64,000 nucleotides of DNA from Raja brachyura (Eukaryota): positions 30,380,001 through 30,444,000 of the forward strand of contig OY740807.1 of the NCBI GenBank assembly GCA_963514005.1. Direction: 5' to 3'. Shown one piece after another: positions 21,190 to 33,411 of this stretch. A program made the translations under genes and the position numbers. Position 1 is the stretch's first letter. Every line of letters starts with the position of its first letter. Under the pieces are notes generated by a model. That model did not search any database and was not told the origin of the DNA. It saw only the letters and a program-made list of their open reading frames with translations.

Positions 21190-22845
21190 ATGAAGGGATA
21201 TACTGTAGATAGATTAACTGAATATCCAAGATATGGCATTGGAGAATAATATTTGAAAACATTAAATCGGTCAATTTGTAGGGGAAAAATAAGAATGAGA
21301 ATATTATTTCAAAGGTTGAGGGCCTTTTGATAAACAAGAGGCTGAAAGAGTACTGAGATGCAAAGGGATCTTGGTGTCCCAGTGGATGTCTCACAAAACG
21401 CTAGCATGCAAGTAACATAAGTCATTGGGAAAGCTAACACAATGTTAACATTTATTGTTAGGGGAATTGAATATGCAAATAAGGAGGATACACCTCAGTT
21501 ATGGAGAACATTGTAAAGGCATAATCTGGAGTTTTGTGTAGACTAATGCTCATTTAAAGAGTGTTATTTAAAGAGCAGTCAGACGCATCAGACGCATTTT
21601 AGAGAAGGTTTACTGGACAGCAAGATGATTACTTTATGAATAAAGATGGGACAGGCTTGACTTATATTCACTGGAGTTTAGAAAAGTGAGAACAAACTAG
21701 TTTGAAGCATGATGGACGTATCACTGATGGGGATGAGTCCGAGTATAGGAGAGAGATCGAGCGACTGTCCATATGGTGCCAACACAACAACCTGGCCCTC
21801 AACACCAGCAAAACCAAGGAACTGATTGTGGACTTTGGAAGGTGTAGGATGGGGACCCACAGTCCTGTTTATATCAACGGGTCGATGGTTGAAAGGGTCA
21901 AGAGCTTCAAATTCCTGGGCGTGCACATCTGTGAAGATCTTTCCTGGTCCGAGAACACAGATGCAATTATTAAGAAAGCTCATCAGCGCCTCTACTTCCT
22001 GAGAAGATTACGGAGAGTTGGTCTGTCAAAGAGGACTCTCTCTAACTTCTACAGGTGTACAGTAGAGAGCTTGCTGACTGGTTGCATCGTGGCTTGGTTC
22101 GGCAACTTGAGCGCCCTGGAGAGGAAAAGACTCCAAAAAGTAGTAAACACTGCCCAGTCCATCATCGGCTCTGACCTTCCTTCCATCGAGGGGATTTATC
22201 ACAGTCGCTGCCTCAAAAAGGCTGGCAGCATCATCAAGGACCCACACCACCCTAGCCACACACTCATCTCCCTGCTACCTTCGGGTAGAAGGTACAGGAG
22301 CCTGAAGACTGCAACAACCCGGTTTAAGAATAGCTACTTCCCCACAGCCATCAGGCTATTAAACCTGGCTCGGAACTCTAATCATTAATATCCCTCCATC
22401 TGTTATTTGCACTTTATTAATTTATTAAGTCATGGGTGTATTTATGTATAGAATTGTAGTCAATGCCTTCTATGTTCTGTTGTGCTATGCAAAGAAAGAT
22501 TTTCATTGTCCTGTCAGGGACACATGACAATAAACTCTTTTGACTTTGACTTTGACTTTGACTTTGATGTCCTGCGGATAATTGTGGAGACAATGTTTCC
22601 TCTTGTGGGAAAGTCGAAAATAAGGGACAATTTAAAAAATGTTTGTGACTGGGATGAGGTGACTTGTTGTTTCTCAGAGAGTTATGAGTAGTTGGAACAC
22701 TCTTCCCCAAAAGTACTTGGAACCAGTCTTTGAATCATTTTAACGCCGAGATAGACTTTTGATAAACAAAGAGTCTGAAAGATTACCAGGAGTAAAAAGG
22801 AATATTGAGCTGAGGTTATGACTAGATCAACCAATATCTGATGAT
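21190..22845 (+). mobile_element. Old CR1 ORF2/3' fragment hosting the Rex1/Babar insertion
   Basis: Decayed CR1 motifs (AGGGATCTTGGTGTCC, GGCTTG..TTCACTGGAGTTTAGAA) on both sides of 21712-22567. Confidence 0.65.
21712..22567 (+). mobile_element. 5'-truncated Rex1/Babar-clade LINE: RT C-terminus and DUF1891-like region (open frame to 22388) plus 3' UTR
   Basis: WCQHNNLALNTSKTKELIVDF..FKFLGVHI..KKAHQRLYFLRRL..FYRCTVESLLTGCIVAWFG..DPHHPSH..LLPSGRRYR; ends CAATAAA plus (CTTTGA)n. Confidence 0.9.
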
Positions 22846-22851
22846 AGGACA

Positions 22852-23143
22852 TTTAGTTTAGTTTTGAGATACAGCGTGGAAACAGGCCCTTCGGCCCACC
22901 AAGTCCGTGCCGACCAGCGATCCCTGCACACTATACTACACACACTAGGGACAATATCCAATTTTATCAAAGCCAATTAACCTACGTCTTTGGAGTGTAG
23001 GAGGAAACTGGAGCAACTGGAAAAACCCATACAGGTCATGGAGAGAATGTACAAACTCCGTACAGATGGCACCTGTGATCAGGATCGAAGCCGGGTTGCT
23101 GGTGCTATAAGCGAGGAACCATACCGCTGTGCCACCATGCTGT
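22852..23143 (-). mobile_element. V-SINE
   Basis: Tail, V-domain and head. Confidence 0.85.
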
Positions 23144-23473
23144 CCCAAATAATTGAATGCAGTTCAGAGTTCAACTTTTAAATTATTTTATGGAATTCTA
23201 TCAGGACATCTCTAAGGCTATTTTGCAGCTTCTTGCACCCTTTTGTAATGTCCTGAACTGCTGTTAAATTTGACACTGAATTAAATTGTAAACCTTGAGT
23301 GGATCTTCAGGTGGAGAGCGGTATTATGTGCGCTTGGGTCCAAGTTACAATTGTGAGTTGGGAAGATGTTCCAGGCCTCTGCATGTACACTTAGGGCATT
23401 CTCTTGGGAAAGAGTGGTGGGGAGCCTTTCGGAGTTTGAGGAAAGAAAGAGGGAGATTTATACAATCCATCGA

Positions 23474-23960
23474 AAGACACAAAATACTGGCGTAAGTCAG
23501 CGGGTCAGGCAGCATCTCTGGAGAAAAGTAATAGGTGACATTTCGGGTCGAGACCCTTCTTCAGGCTGAGATTCAGTGGAAAGAGAAACGAGAGATATAG
23601 ATGGTGATACAATGCCCTCCTTAATGTTTGGGACAAAGACCCATCATTTATTTATTTGTCTCTGTACTCCACAATATGAGATTTGTAATAGAAAAAAATC
23701 ACATGTGGTCAAAATGCATATTGTCAGATTTTAATAAAGACCATTTTTATACATTTTGGATTCACCATGTAGAAATTACAGCAGTGTTTATACGTAGTCC
23801 CCTCATTTTAGGGCATCATAATGTTTGGGACATTAAGGAGGGCACTGTATACAGGGATATGGAACAAATGAATGAAAGATACGCAAAAAAGTAATGATGA
23901 ACAAGGAAAGACAGCACCCACAATGGTCAGTTGTTGGCCGAGGGCTAGCTGATAATGAGT
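23474..23960 (-). mobile_element. PLE 3' terminus with hammerhead motif (about 23534-23568), interrupted by a Tc1 MITE
   Basis: GGTGACATTTCGGGTCGAGACCCTTCTTCAG; UTR resumes after 23849. Confidence 0.8.
23610..23847. mobile_element. Tc1/mariner MITE (IR/DR type deletion derivative)
   Basis: TA at 23608-23609 and 23848-23849; 18-bp TIR CA(A/G)TGCCCTCCTTAATGT; internal direct repeat TAATGTTTGGGACA. Confidence 0.85.
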
Positions 23961-25037
23961 TCCGAGTCTCTGGTACAACACATTAGTGATGATGCCAACA
24001 CATCTAGTGGGGAATGGCTGTAGATTGGATTTTGGAGTCAGGCAAGTGTTTATACTCCAGTGACTCTGGTGCTGTCATATTGAAATAGACTGGGAACTGT
24101 TCCCCCCCCTTTGCTCCCCCTGGATTGATGCTGTCAGAAGCTGCTGACTAAATTCACCGTTATTGTGGATGAGAGACATAATGAAAGACGGTCTGCAGAT
24201 GCATATCGCCCTCAATGTAGGTCAAAGGAAAACTGTTTTCGGCAATTTTTTCTGTCTCTTTCTCAATAAGGTGAGGCCGAGGTGCGACAGAACTGTTTAT
24301 GTTGAAATTTAAAAACTGTGTGTGCTGGAAATATGAAGTAAAAACAGAAAGTACTGGAAAAAAAAACAGGTCAGTCGGCATCTGTGCAAGGATTTAATTT
24401 TCCAGGACGAAGATCCTTTGTCTGTTCTTCTCTTTCCGCAGATGCTGCCGACCCTGCTGAGCATTTGCTGCTTAATTTGTTTACATTTCTGTTGAATTTG
24501 CTGGTTTATCTTGCTTAAGTGTGTCAACGCCTTGTTTAAAATGGCAATTTAAACGGAATGGAAATCTAGCTGTTTCTGAAGAGCATGAAATACAATATCA
24601 GACGCTAAGGCCTGGTAGTCTTGAATTAAGAATGTAACTAAAGAGCAATTGTCCCTGCATTTTATCCCCCAATATTCAGTTCCCTCTCCCCTGACTCTCT
24701 GTCTGAAGAAGTCTTCATCTGAGACGCCACTATCCCTTTTCTCCAGAGATGCTGCCGGACCCGTTGAGTCACACCAGCCTTTGTGTCTATTCCAGTTTAG
24801 TCTGGAGTTCAGCAGGGTCTTGAATTTATTTCAACATCTTTGATCGTTTCTGAGATAACAGCAACGTCTTTTATGATCCTTTTTGTTTATATCAAGGCAA
24901 TGATTCTGCACCGATGGGTGTCTGCAATTAAAAGGCGCATTAGATGCAAGCAAGCAGATTAGCTGATTACCAGAGCGGCTGTACAATTGCTGCACTCACT
25001 GGAAAGTACAGGTAAGGTAATGAAGACCGAAGAAAAT

Positions 25038-25176
25038 GGTCTGAAGAAGTGTCTCGATCCAAAAAGTCCCCCATTACTTCTCTCCAGAGATGCAACCTGT
25101 CCCTGAAGTGCTCAGTTACTCCAGCATTTTGTGCCTATCTTCGGTTTAAACCAGCATCTGCAGTTCCTTCCTACAC
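25038..25176 (+). mobile_element. PLE terminal module with decayed hammerhead (similar copy at about 24680-24790)
   Basis: GGTCTGAAGAAGTGTCTCGATCC...TTACTCCAGCATTTTGTG...GCAGTTCCTTCCTACAC. Confidence 0.75.
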
Positions 25177-25838
25177 CCAAGATGTGCTCCAGTCCCAGGA
25201 TTGGTACAAAATGGTTTAGACTGGCAGGCCTATTCATTTATAAATTGTTCATTCACAAGATTGAGGTGTTGCCTTCTTGTCGCCAACATTAACTAGGTGG
25301 CTGTGGGTTCAAAGAAGGGTTGGTAACCTTATATCAAGTAATGAGATTGCTGATGATGATGGGCTCAATAGAGACTGTCACTGTGGGCGTGCAATCCCTC
25401 CTTCAGTTTGACAGGGTCTTGAATTAATTCTGGTGTCCTGGAAGCTGCCCAGCTGTGACAAAGTCAGAGCTATGTTCGTTGAGAAACATGCAAACTGGAA
25501 ACCCAATCTCCCCTATTTCGATTCCCCCACCTGTTCACTTGACTTTGTCATCTACATTGTTTTTTTGGCTTATCACTAAAACAATTATTGCCGTCTTAAA
25601 AGCAATGCAGAAAACAAATAATGGAGGCAGCAGCCCCCCAAAATACAGTATATGTAGGAATGGGGAGGAGAATTAAAGTGTCCAGCAACCGGGACACTGA
25701 TCAGCCCGCCTGAACCACCCGCAAACGCAGAGCGGGCCATCGTTTCTCGGAACACCTTCGCTTTCAAGAAATTCTTTAAAAATTGTGCTTGAAGATTCTT
25801 TAGTGCAATACATTATTTACATGCACAATGCAATTCTT

Positions 25839-26140
25839 TTTAGAGATACAGCGCGGAAGCAGGCCCTTCGGCCCGCCGAGTCCGCGCCGACCAGCGATCC
25901 CCGTACACTAACAATATCCTACACACACCAGGTACGGTTTACAATTCTACACAGCCAATTCACCTACAAACGTGTACTTCTTTGGAGTGTGGGAGGAAAC
26001 CTGAGCTTCTCGGAGAAAACCCACGCAGGTCACGTTGAGAACGTACAAACTCCATACAGACAGCATCCGTAGTCAGGATCGAACCTGGGTCTCTGACGCT
26101 GTAAGGCAGCAACTCTACCGCTGCGCCACCGTGCCGCCCC
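25839..26140 (-). mobile_element. V-SINE, full length
   Basis: Tail, V-domain and intact head with CpGs retained. Confidence 0.9.
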
Positions 26141-26899
26141 TTTTTATACATTTATCTACACCGCTCCCTTGAATTAATCATTGTTTACTATAGTTTGGTT
26201 CTTCAGTATTATTTCTATTTCTGTGGAGAGTGTTTGATTTAATACATCACCTCCTCTGCGCTTTACCTGAATGGCTTCTCAATCTAAGGTGACGTCTGGA
26301 TCCGCTGGCTATTTGACCATATGTGCCAGACGGGAAAGCTGGAATGCATGTTCCAACAGTCTCACCACAACTGATGCTGCCTGAAGAACCTGACAGCTCA
26401 AGTCATCCCTGAATATGGGCCCTATGATGCATGAAGGCAAATAATTAGTCTGAAGTGCAACTGGATGGAGCATGGCTTGTAATAATCCTTAGTTGTTCTT
26501 GTTGCATACCTGAATTATAAACTAAACTTGTGCAGTTTGCACCTGCGTTTGCTGGGAATGGGCTTTATCCTGGGGAAGATATTAATGCTGCAGTCTCCGA
26601 GATCTCAGTGAACATTTAGCTACCCCTACGTTCACGCTCAAAGTAGAGGCCAATAGTAGAGCCAAGATGGAGCAACTGCTGGAGTGGTTCACTTCACTCT
26701 GCTGGTTCTTCAGCTGAAGTGAATCTGTGAGACAAAAATATCTGTTCAAACCAGATGGAAGCCTCCTGGATGTGTGTAAGTGGTTCATGGGCTGGAAACC
26801 AAGCTGGTTGCTGTATCTGCTCAGTAGCCTTTGATGGTACATGTTGGCAGACTATCAACAGGAGCTTGGTTGCATGGAACTCTCAACTCCTCTTAGAGT

Positions 26900-27640
26900 A
26901 ATGGTGGGCCCTCCCTATCTTTTTGCCCATCTACACTAATGCCATTTGACCACACATACCGGTCAATGCCATTACTATTTAAATGCCTTTCTAATTGTAT
27001 CTTAAACATAGTGATTGTATTTGATCTCCCCACCTTCTCTTGCAGTGAATTCCAAACATCTCTGTGTAAATAAAAACTTTCCCTTCAAATCACTGTTAAA
27101 CGTTCTTTCTCTCACCTTAAACCCATGTCCTCTTGTTTTTGATATTCCTCCCTTCAGCAAAAGGTTCCGACTATCGATTTGGTCAATGCCTCATAATTTT
27201 TGACACTTCTATCACCCCCTCCGCCTCCTTCACTAGAGGGAAAACAAGCATTGCTGACCCAATATCTTCCCGATTTCCTGGTGAATCTCCTCCGTATCCT
27301 GGTGATTCACCCCTGCACTCTTCACAGCTCAACGAGATCCATCCTGTAGTACGGTGACCAGAAATGCACAAAATGCTTCAAGTGCAGCCTAACCAGCGTT
27401 CTGTAAAGTTGCGATGTAACATCCCAACTTTGATCAACCATGCCTTGAGCTCCGAAGGCAAGCATGCCATATGCTTAATTGTCGCTCTATTTATCCTTGT
27501 TTCTACTTTAAGAGAACTAGAGACATAAACCCCAAGCTCTTTCATCAACATTCTTTGGTGTCTTACCCTTCACTAATATGTCCTACCCCCATTTGACTTC
27601 TCAAAATGCATTCCCTCACACTTCTTGGGATTATATTCCA
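26900..27640 (-). mobile_element. Old CR1 ORF2/3' fragment
   Basis: GGTGACCAGAAATGCACAAAATGCTTCAAGTGCAGCCTAACC (reverse of the RPHLEYCVQFW region). Confidence 0.75.
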
Positions 27641-28084
27641 CCTAGTTCTTACATCAATGATCCCTTTTCTTCTTAGGAATCTTTATTTTCTTTATCTCAC
27701 CAAAATAAATACAGATAAATGCAAACATATGATTGGTGGGAGTTGGTATTTTTGTTGTCACTGAATTGAACTTCCTTTAATCTAGGACGAGGAATCTATT
27801 ATTCCTTTATTGACTTTCAATTCTTATATTTCTCTGGGGATTTTTTAAAACTCTAATGGAGATGGTGTGGATTAAGTCTGCTCACCATTACACCTCCACC
27901 ACTCGTGTATAAACTGGAAACAGCTTTCAAGGTTACAGTAAGTAATTACCTGTAACACACCATCAACCCAGTTAATGTTCTGCATCATTCTTCAAAATAA
28001 TGCATTGTAAATAAATCCCGCAACATGTTGAGAATGTTTGCTTTGAAACTGAATGCAACACGTCGTTGCCCAAACTGAAAAATT

Positions 28085-28219
28085 CAGGCTGAAGAAGGGT
28101 CTCGACCCGAAACGTCACCCATTCCTTCTCTCCAGAGATGCGGCCTGTCCCGCTGAGTTACTCCAGCATTTTGTGTCTACCTTCAATTTAAACCAGTATC
28201 TGCAGTTCCTTCCTACACA
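28085..28219 (+). mobile_element. PLE terminal module with intact hammerhead core (28089-28116)
   Basis: CTGAAGAAGGGTCTCGACCCGAAACGTCACCC. Confidence 0.85.
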
Positions 28220-28315
28220 TTACTCAAACTGTGCTCCTTCCTTCATTTCACATCTGTGGCGATTCTGCGGTCGTTGTAACTGGAATATTGTTGTAGTCTC
28301 CGTATTTGAGGAAGG

Positions 28316-28803
28316 AGTAGGTTCACTAGGTTAATTCCCGGAATGGCGGGACTGACATATGATGAAAGAATGGGTCGACTGGGCTTGTATTCACTGGAAT
28401 TTAGAAGGATGAGAGGGAATCTTATAGAACAATATAATATTCTTAAAGGATTGGACAGGCTAGATGCAGGATAAATGATCCCCATGTTGGGGGAGTCCAG
28501 AACCAGTGGTCACAGTTTAAGAATAAGGGGTAGGCCATTTAGGACTGAGATGAGGAATAACCTTTTCACCTGAATCTGTGGAATTCTCTGCCACAAGAGG
28601 CAGTGGAGGGCAATTCACTGGATGTTTTCAAGAGAGTTAGATTTAGCTGTTAGGGCCAAAGGAACAACGGGATATGAGGGAAAAAGCAGGAATGGAGAAC
28701 TGATTTTGGTTGAACAGCCATGATCATATTGAATGGCAGTGCTGGCTTGAAGGGCTGAATGTCCTACTCCTGCACCTGTTTTCTATGCCTCTGTTTTCTA
28801 TGT
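28316..28803 (+). mobile_element. CR1 3' fragment
   Basis: RLGLYSLEFRRMRGNLIE..KGLDRLDAG motif and CR1 tail. Confidence 0.9.
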
Positions 28804-29261
28804 TAATGCCGCATTTTCATATCTTCCCATTTCCCAGAAACAGCATAGTCTAACCAGTGCCCTTTCACATAAAGCAACAGCTGGCCATTACAATTCAGAC
28901 TCTTGCCCAATGCTTCATCCGTGTTTCCGACAGAGCCCCTTCTCCATTGATCCGTAACGTACACACTGATGCTGTTGACAGTCTCCAAAAATAGAGAAAG
29001 CTCCATTCTCATAGATAGATGCAGAGTGCTGGCATAACTCAGCGAGTCAGGCAGCATCTCTGGAGAAAAAAAATGTGTGTTTAAGGTCGGAAGCCTTCTT
29101 CAGACTCTGATGCTCATAGAGACATACAGCAGGGGAAAAAGCCCTTTGACCCATTGAGTCCATACTGACCATCAAGCATCCATTTGCACTATCCCAACAC
29201 TAATCTTGTATTAATTCTCTCTTCTCATTCATGTTAATTACTCCCAGTTTCTACCATTCCC

Positions 29262-29620
29262 TTGAGATGTATAAGATTATGAGAGGAATAGATCGTGTAG
29301 TTGCACAAAGTCTCTTGCCCAGAGTACGTGAATCGAGGACCAGAGAACATAGGTTTAAGGTGAAGAGGAAAAGATAGGAATCTGAGGGTAGCTTTTTCAC
29401 ACAAAGGGTGGTGGGTGTATGGACCAAGCTGCCAGAGGAGATAGCTGAGGATGGGCCTTTCCCAACATTTAAGAACCCATTAAACAGAGACATGGATAGG
29501 ACATGTTTGGAGGGATATGGACCAAATGCTGGCAGGTAGGACTAGTGTAGCTGGGACCTGTTGGCCGCTATGGGCAAGAAGGGCCTATTTTCATACTGTA
29601 TCATTCTATGACTCTATGAC
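29262..29620 (+). mobile_element. CR1 3' fragment
   Basis: GGGTGTATGGACCAAGCTGCCAGAGGAG..(CTCTATGA)-type tail. Confidence 0.85.
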
Positions 29621-30141
29621 ACACAGTGATCTATTTAGAGTGAACAGTTAATTTACCAATCTGCACAACCTTGGGTTATTGGAGAAAACCGGAACATTAG
29701 AGGAGACCCAATCAGTCACAAGCAGAAGTCCACACAGACAGCACCGGAGGTCCCGATCAAATCTGGGTGGCTGGAGTTGTGAGTAATCATCATAACCCCT
29801 TGTTTCGCACTGACAGTCTTCACCTCTACTCGAGGGAGCGGGCTCCGCTGTGATCTCCTCCAAGTCTTATCATATCCCCAATCTCAGGCATGACCACTTT
29901 TGATTTGGTCCAAAGCCTTGTGTGGACTTGACAACGTCTTTGAGGGCCGTCAGTAATTCATTCCACCTCTTGCGATGCTGTACTGGGAATGTCATCGTTT
30001 GATGATAGAAATCTAACCAGAAGACTATTTTTAAGGGGGTGAAGAGACTATTGCACTGGGAGAGGGGGTGAAGAATGTGGGACTGGGATCAGGACCGCGA
30101 TACTGCAGCTAGGGTTAGTCAACGCCAACGGGAAGCCCTTC

Positions 30142-30408
30142 AGGGCCTGTCCCACTTGACGATTTTTTCGGCGAACGCCAGCGTCATTGACTGACGTATC
30201 AGGGTTGCCGAAAGATTTTGAACATTTCAAAATCCAGCGGCGACAAAAAAAAATGTTGCAACACTTGAGGAAACACCGCGCGTCATTATGTCATCACGCC
30301 GAGTCACGCAGCGTCACGCTGCATCATGCTGCGACTTTTTCGGTGACCTGATATGTCAGTTAATGAGGCTGACAGTCGCCTAAATAATCGCCAAGTTGGA
30401 CAGGTCCT
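30142..30408. mobile_element. PIF/Harbinger-like MITE, same family as 6038-6194
   Basis: About 60-bp imperfect TIRs starting AGGGCCTGTCCCACTTG; flanks TTC/TTT. Confidence 0.7.
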
Positions 30409-30971
30409 TTTGGCACTCCGAGACAGCTTCAGGAAATTCCAGGCGATAACATCAAAGTTTGGTGCCTTTTTGTAGGATTTTGTTAAAAACGTAAAAGACT
30501 TTGAAGAATCCAACGGGCGCAATTGCCCGGTCTGCGAGTTTGGAAACAAAGAGTTAAAGCGGTGATCTGGAGAACAAAGAACTGCAGGGAATAGACTATT
30601 CCACGCAGGCTTTTGCCAACCTCCCCTTGGAGCTGTCCTCTTGCACTTGGCAGATAAAACACTTGATTAATCAATTTTACCTTTCAGGTAGAGGGAATGT
30701 GACCTTGCAGACTTTCTATAGTTGATGGGATTCAATTGCTTTTGACACCTGACTTACATGTCACGTCACATCGCCTTCCTCTTGCAGATAGCCTGGTATT
30801 GATATGATGTTTTCATCTCTAAGGCAGGATGATCAGACCAAACAGAAATAAGCAGGATGCCAATGACTTTGTGCGTGAGATTTAACCTCCAAGGTGAGGT
30901 GGCTATTGGAGAGGGTGCGACGTATAGGCATTAAAACATAATCCATCTGAAATCCCACCGAACCATCATTT

Positions 30972-31250
30972 TGTTTAGTTTTAGAGCTACAGCATGGAAA
31001 CAGGCCCTTTGCCCATCAAGACCGTGCTGTCCAGCGATCACACGTACACTAATTCTATGTTATCTCAGTTTTGCATCCCACAAACTAGCGGGAATTTACA
31101 GGTCAATTGACCTACAAACCTTAACGTCTTCGGAATGTGGGAGGAAATCAAAGCAGATGGAGAATACAGGGAGACAGACAGCTCCCAGGACAGCAGTCAG
31201 GATCGAACTTGGCTCCATGGCTCTGTAAGGCAACAACTCTACCGCTGTAC
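30972..31250 (-). mobile_element. V-SINE
   Basis: Tail, V-domain and head. Confidence 0.8.
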
Positions 31251-31594
31251 CGCTGCTTTTAATGGTGGTATATCCATACATCGTAGGTGGTACAACCACT
31301 GAAAACTTTAACGATCTTGCACAATTCAATTTTTATATTTAACCCATGGGAATCCAAGATGTAAATGAAGACCAGAAGGGCCAAATCCAGGGATTATCCA
31401 TTGCCTAAAGAGATTACATTTAATTCACATGGGAAAGGTGGCTAATTAATAAAATTAGATTCCTTTGAGCCGAAAATAGATCCCTTTGAGCTTGAGAGTT
31501 TGCCTAAAATTGGATCAAAGAGATATACTGTTTCCTTTGAGTTACACGAGTCAGAATTGATTTTATCCAGGTTGAGCCACCTGAACAATATTGA

Positions 31595-31912
31595 GTTTAG
31601 TTTGGTTTAGAGCTACAGCGAGGAAACAGGCCCTTTGGCCCACTGAGACCGAGCCAATTAGCAACCCCCATATACTTGCACTACCCTCCAAACTAGGGAT
31701 CATTTACAATTCTTGCTGAAGCCAATTAACCTACAAACGTGTACGACTTTGGAATGTGGAGGAAAAAGGAGCCCCCGGAGAAATCCCATGAGGAGAACGT
31801 ACAAACTCCATACAGACAGCAGTCAGGGTGAAACCCGTAGTCAGGATTGAACCCGGCTCTCTGGCACTGTAATGACTGAATGAATGACAGCAACTTTACT
31901 GCTGCGCTACTG
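31595..31912 (-). mobile_element. V-SINE
   Basis: Tail, V-domain and head. Confidence 0.8.
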
Positions 31913-32049
31913 TGCAGCTCTTTCTGAGTGGAATCACACCAATCCGGGAATTATGTCAGGCATTCCTGCTGAGACCCATGATAGTGTGTCTAACATGTTC
32001 CACATGCCTGGGGGCATTCTCCCTCACTCCCACTGCCTCTGTCTGTTCC

Positions 32050-32346
32050 AGGGCAGCAATAAGATGCCTTCCAACGTGACCCCTCCACTCGCCACATCTT
32101 CCCATCTGCCTTCCCCTGTCTGCCTTCCGCAAAGACCACTCCCTCCGCAACTCCCTTGCCAATTCTTCCCTTTCCTCCCGCTCCACTCCTTCCCCGGACA
32201 CTTTCCCTTGCAACCGCAAGAGATGCTACACTTGTCCCTTCACCTCCCCCATCCACTCCTTTCAGGGACCCAAGCAGTCCTTCCAAGTCCGACAGAGGTT
32301 CACCTGCACCTCCTCCAACCTCATCTACTGCATCCGTTGCTCCAGA
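32050..32346 (+). mobile_element. PLE internal fragment (linker and start of GIY-YIG)
   Basis: FRKDHSLRNSL..FPCNRKRCYTCP..RFTCTSSNLIYCIRCS. Confidence 0.85.
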
Positions 32347-32555
32347 TACTTGATGCCATTCTCTGATTGTTCTTCAACCAAGTGTTGGGAGCTGGGCTAA
32401 ACTGAATGAGGTCTCACCAGGAGTTACGAGAACCATTTTAGGGCTTACCTTTGGTCATAAACAACCCTAACGCAGATTTGCACTGGATTTTGGGCAATTT
32501 AACGTTTTTTTAAAAGTCCTGATTTAGCACTGTCAACTAAAACCACAATGTTTTA

Positions 32556-32880
32556 GTCATAGAGTCACAGAGTCTTACAGCATGGAAACAGGCACTTTGG
32601 CCCAACTTACCCACACCGGTCCCATCTACACTAGTCCCATCTGCCTGCATTTGGCTCATATGCCTGTCAATAAAACCTGTCCTATCCATGTACCTGTCGA
32701 AATGTTTCTTAAACGTTGCGATAGTACCTGCCTCAACTATCTCTTCCAGCAGCTCGTTCCATACACCCACAACCCTTTGCGTGAAAACGTTACCCCTCAG
32801 GTTCCTGTTGAATCTTTCCCCCTCCCCTTAAACCTATGTTCTCGATTCCCCTACTCCGAGCAAGCACATTTGTGTGTCTA
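32556..32880 (-). mobile_element. CR1 3' end
   Basis: VWNELLEEIVEAGTIATFKKHFDRYM. Confidence 0.9.
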
Positions 32881-33290
32881 ATTCCCCATCTCTGGACTCT
32901 GTGCGTCTAAGTTTAATAAAAAATAAGTGAAATAAAATTTCTAGGCAACAGAAGGTGACAAATTAATTCACACAATTCTTGTCAAAAATCAAGTTAACCT
33001 GGAATCTACACAGCTGCAGACATTGCTGGTAGTTCTTTTATGGCTGTCAAGGAAATTGCCTCAACATTTTTATGGAAGAAACATCATTATCCCTGGCACA
33101 GTTTTACTGACATAAAGTTCCCTCAAATGACGTCAATAAAGGTGCAAAATAATATTCTTCTGCAGTGAGATTGTTGACCTTGCAAGTCTGTGAGAAATAT
33201 TCTCTTATTTATTGACAAAATAATAAGCTTTTACCGAACCTGTTTTCCTTGAAACCACGCTGCTTCGTGAACCAACATTCAAACTGCATT

Positions 33291-33411
33291 CAGTCTGAAG
33301 AAGGGTCTCGACCCGAAACTCTCTCCAGAGATGCTGCCTGTCCCGCTGAGTTACTCCAGCATTTTGTATCTACCTTCGACTTAAACCAGCATCTGTAGTT
33401 CTGTGCTACAT
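33291..33411 (+). mobile_element. Short PLE terminal module with 14-bp TSD
   Basis: ATTCAAACTGCATT at 33277-33290 and 33412-33425; hammerhead cleavage segment deleted. Confidence 0.85.

Noticed and set aside
21702-22388. 228-aa ORF as a host gene
   Set aside because: 5'-truncated retrotransposon ORF; the listed start lies in flanking CR1 sequence
26265-26900. Possible exons in a TE-poor stretch
   Set aside because: Candidate frames are short or contain stops, and no protein family was recognised
30476-30563. Acceptor-like TTTTTGTAG followed by DFVKNVKDFEESNGRNCPVCEFGNKELKR
   Set aside because: Single CxxC, weak donor and no recognised homology
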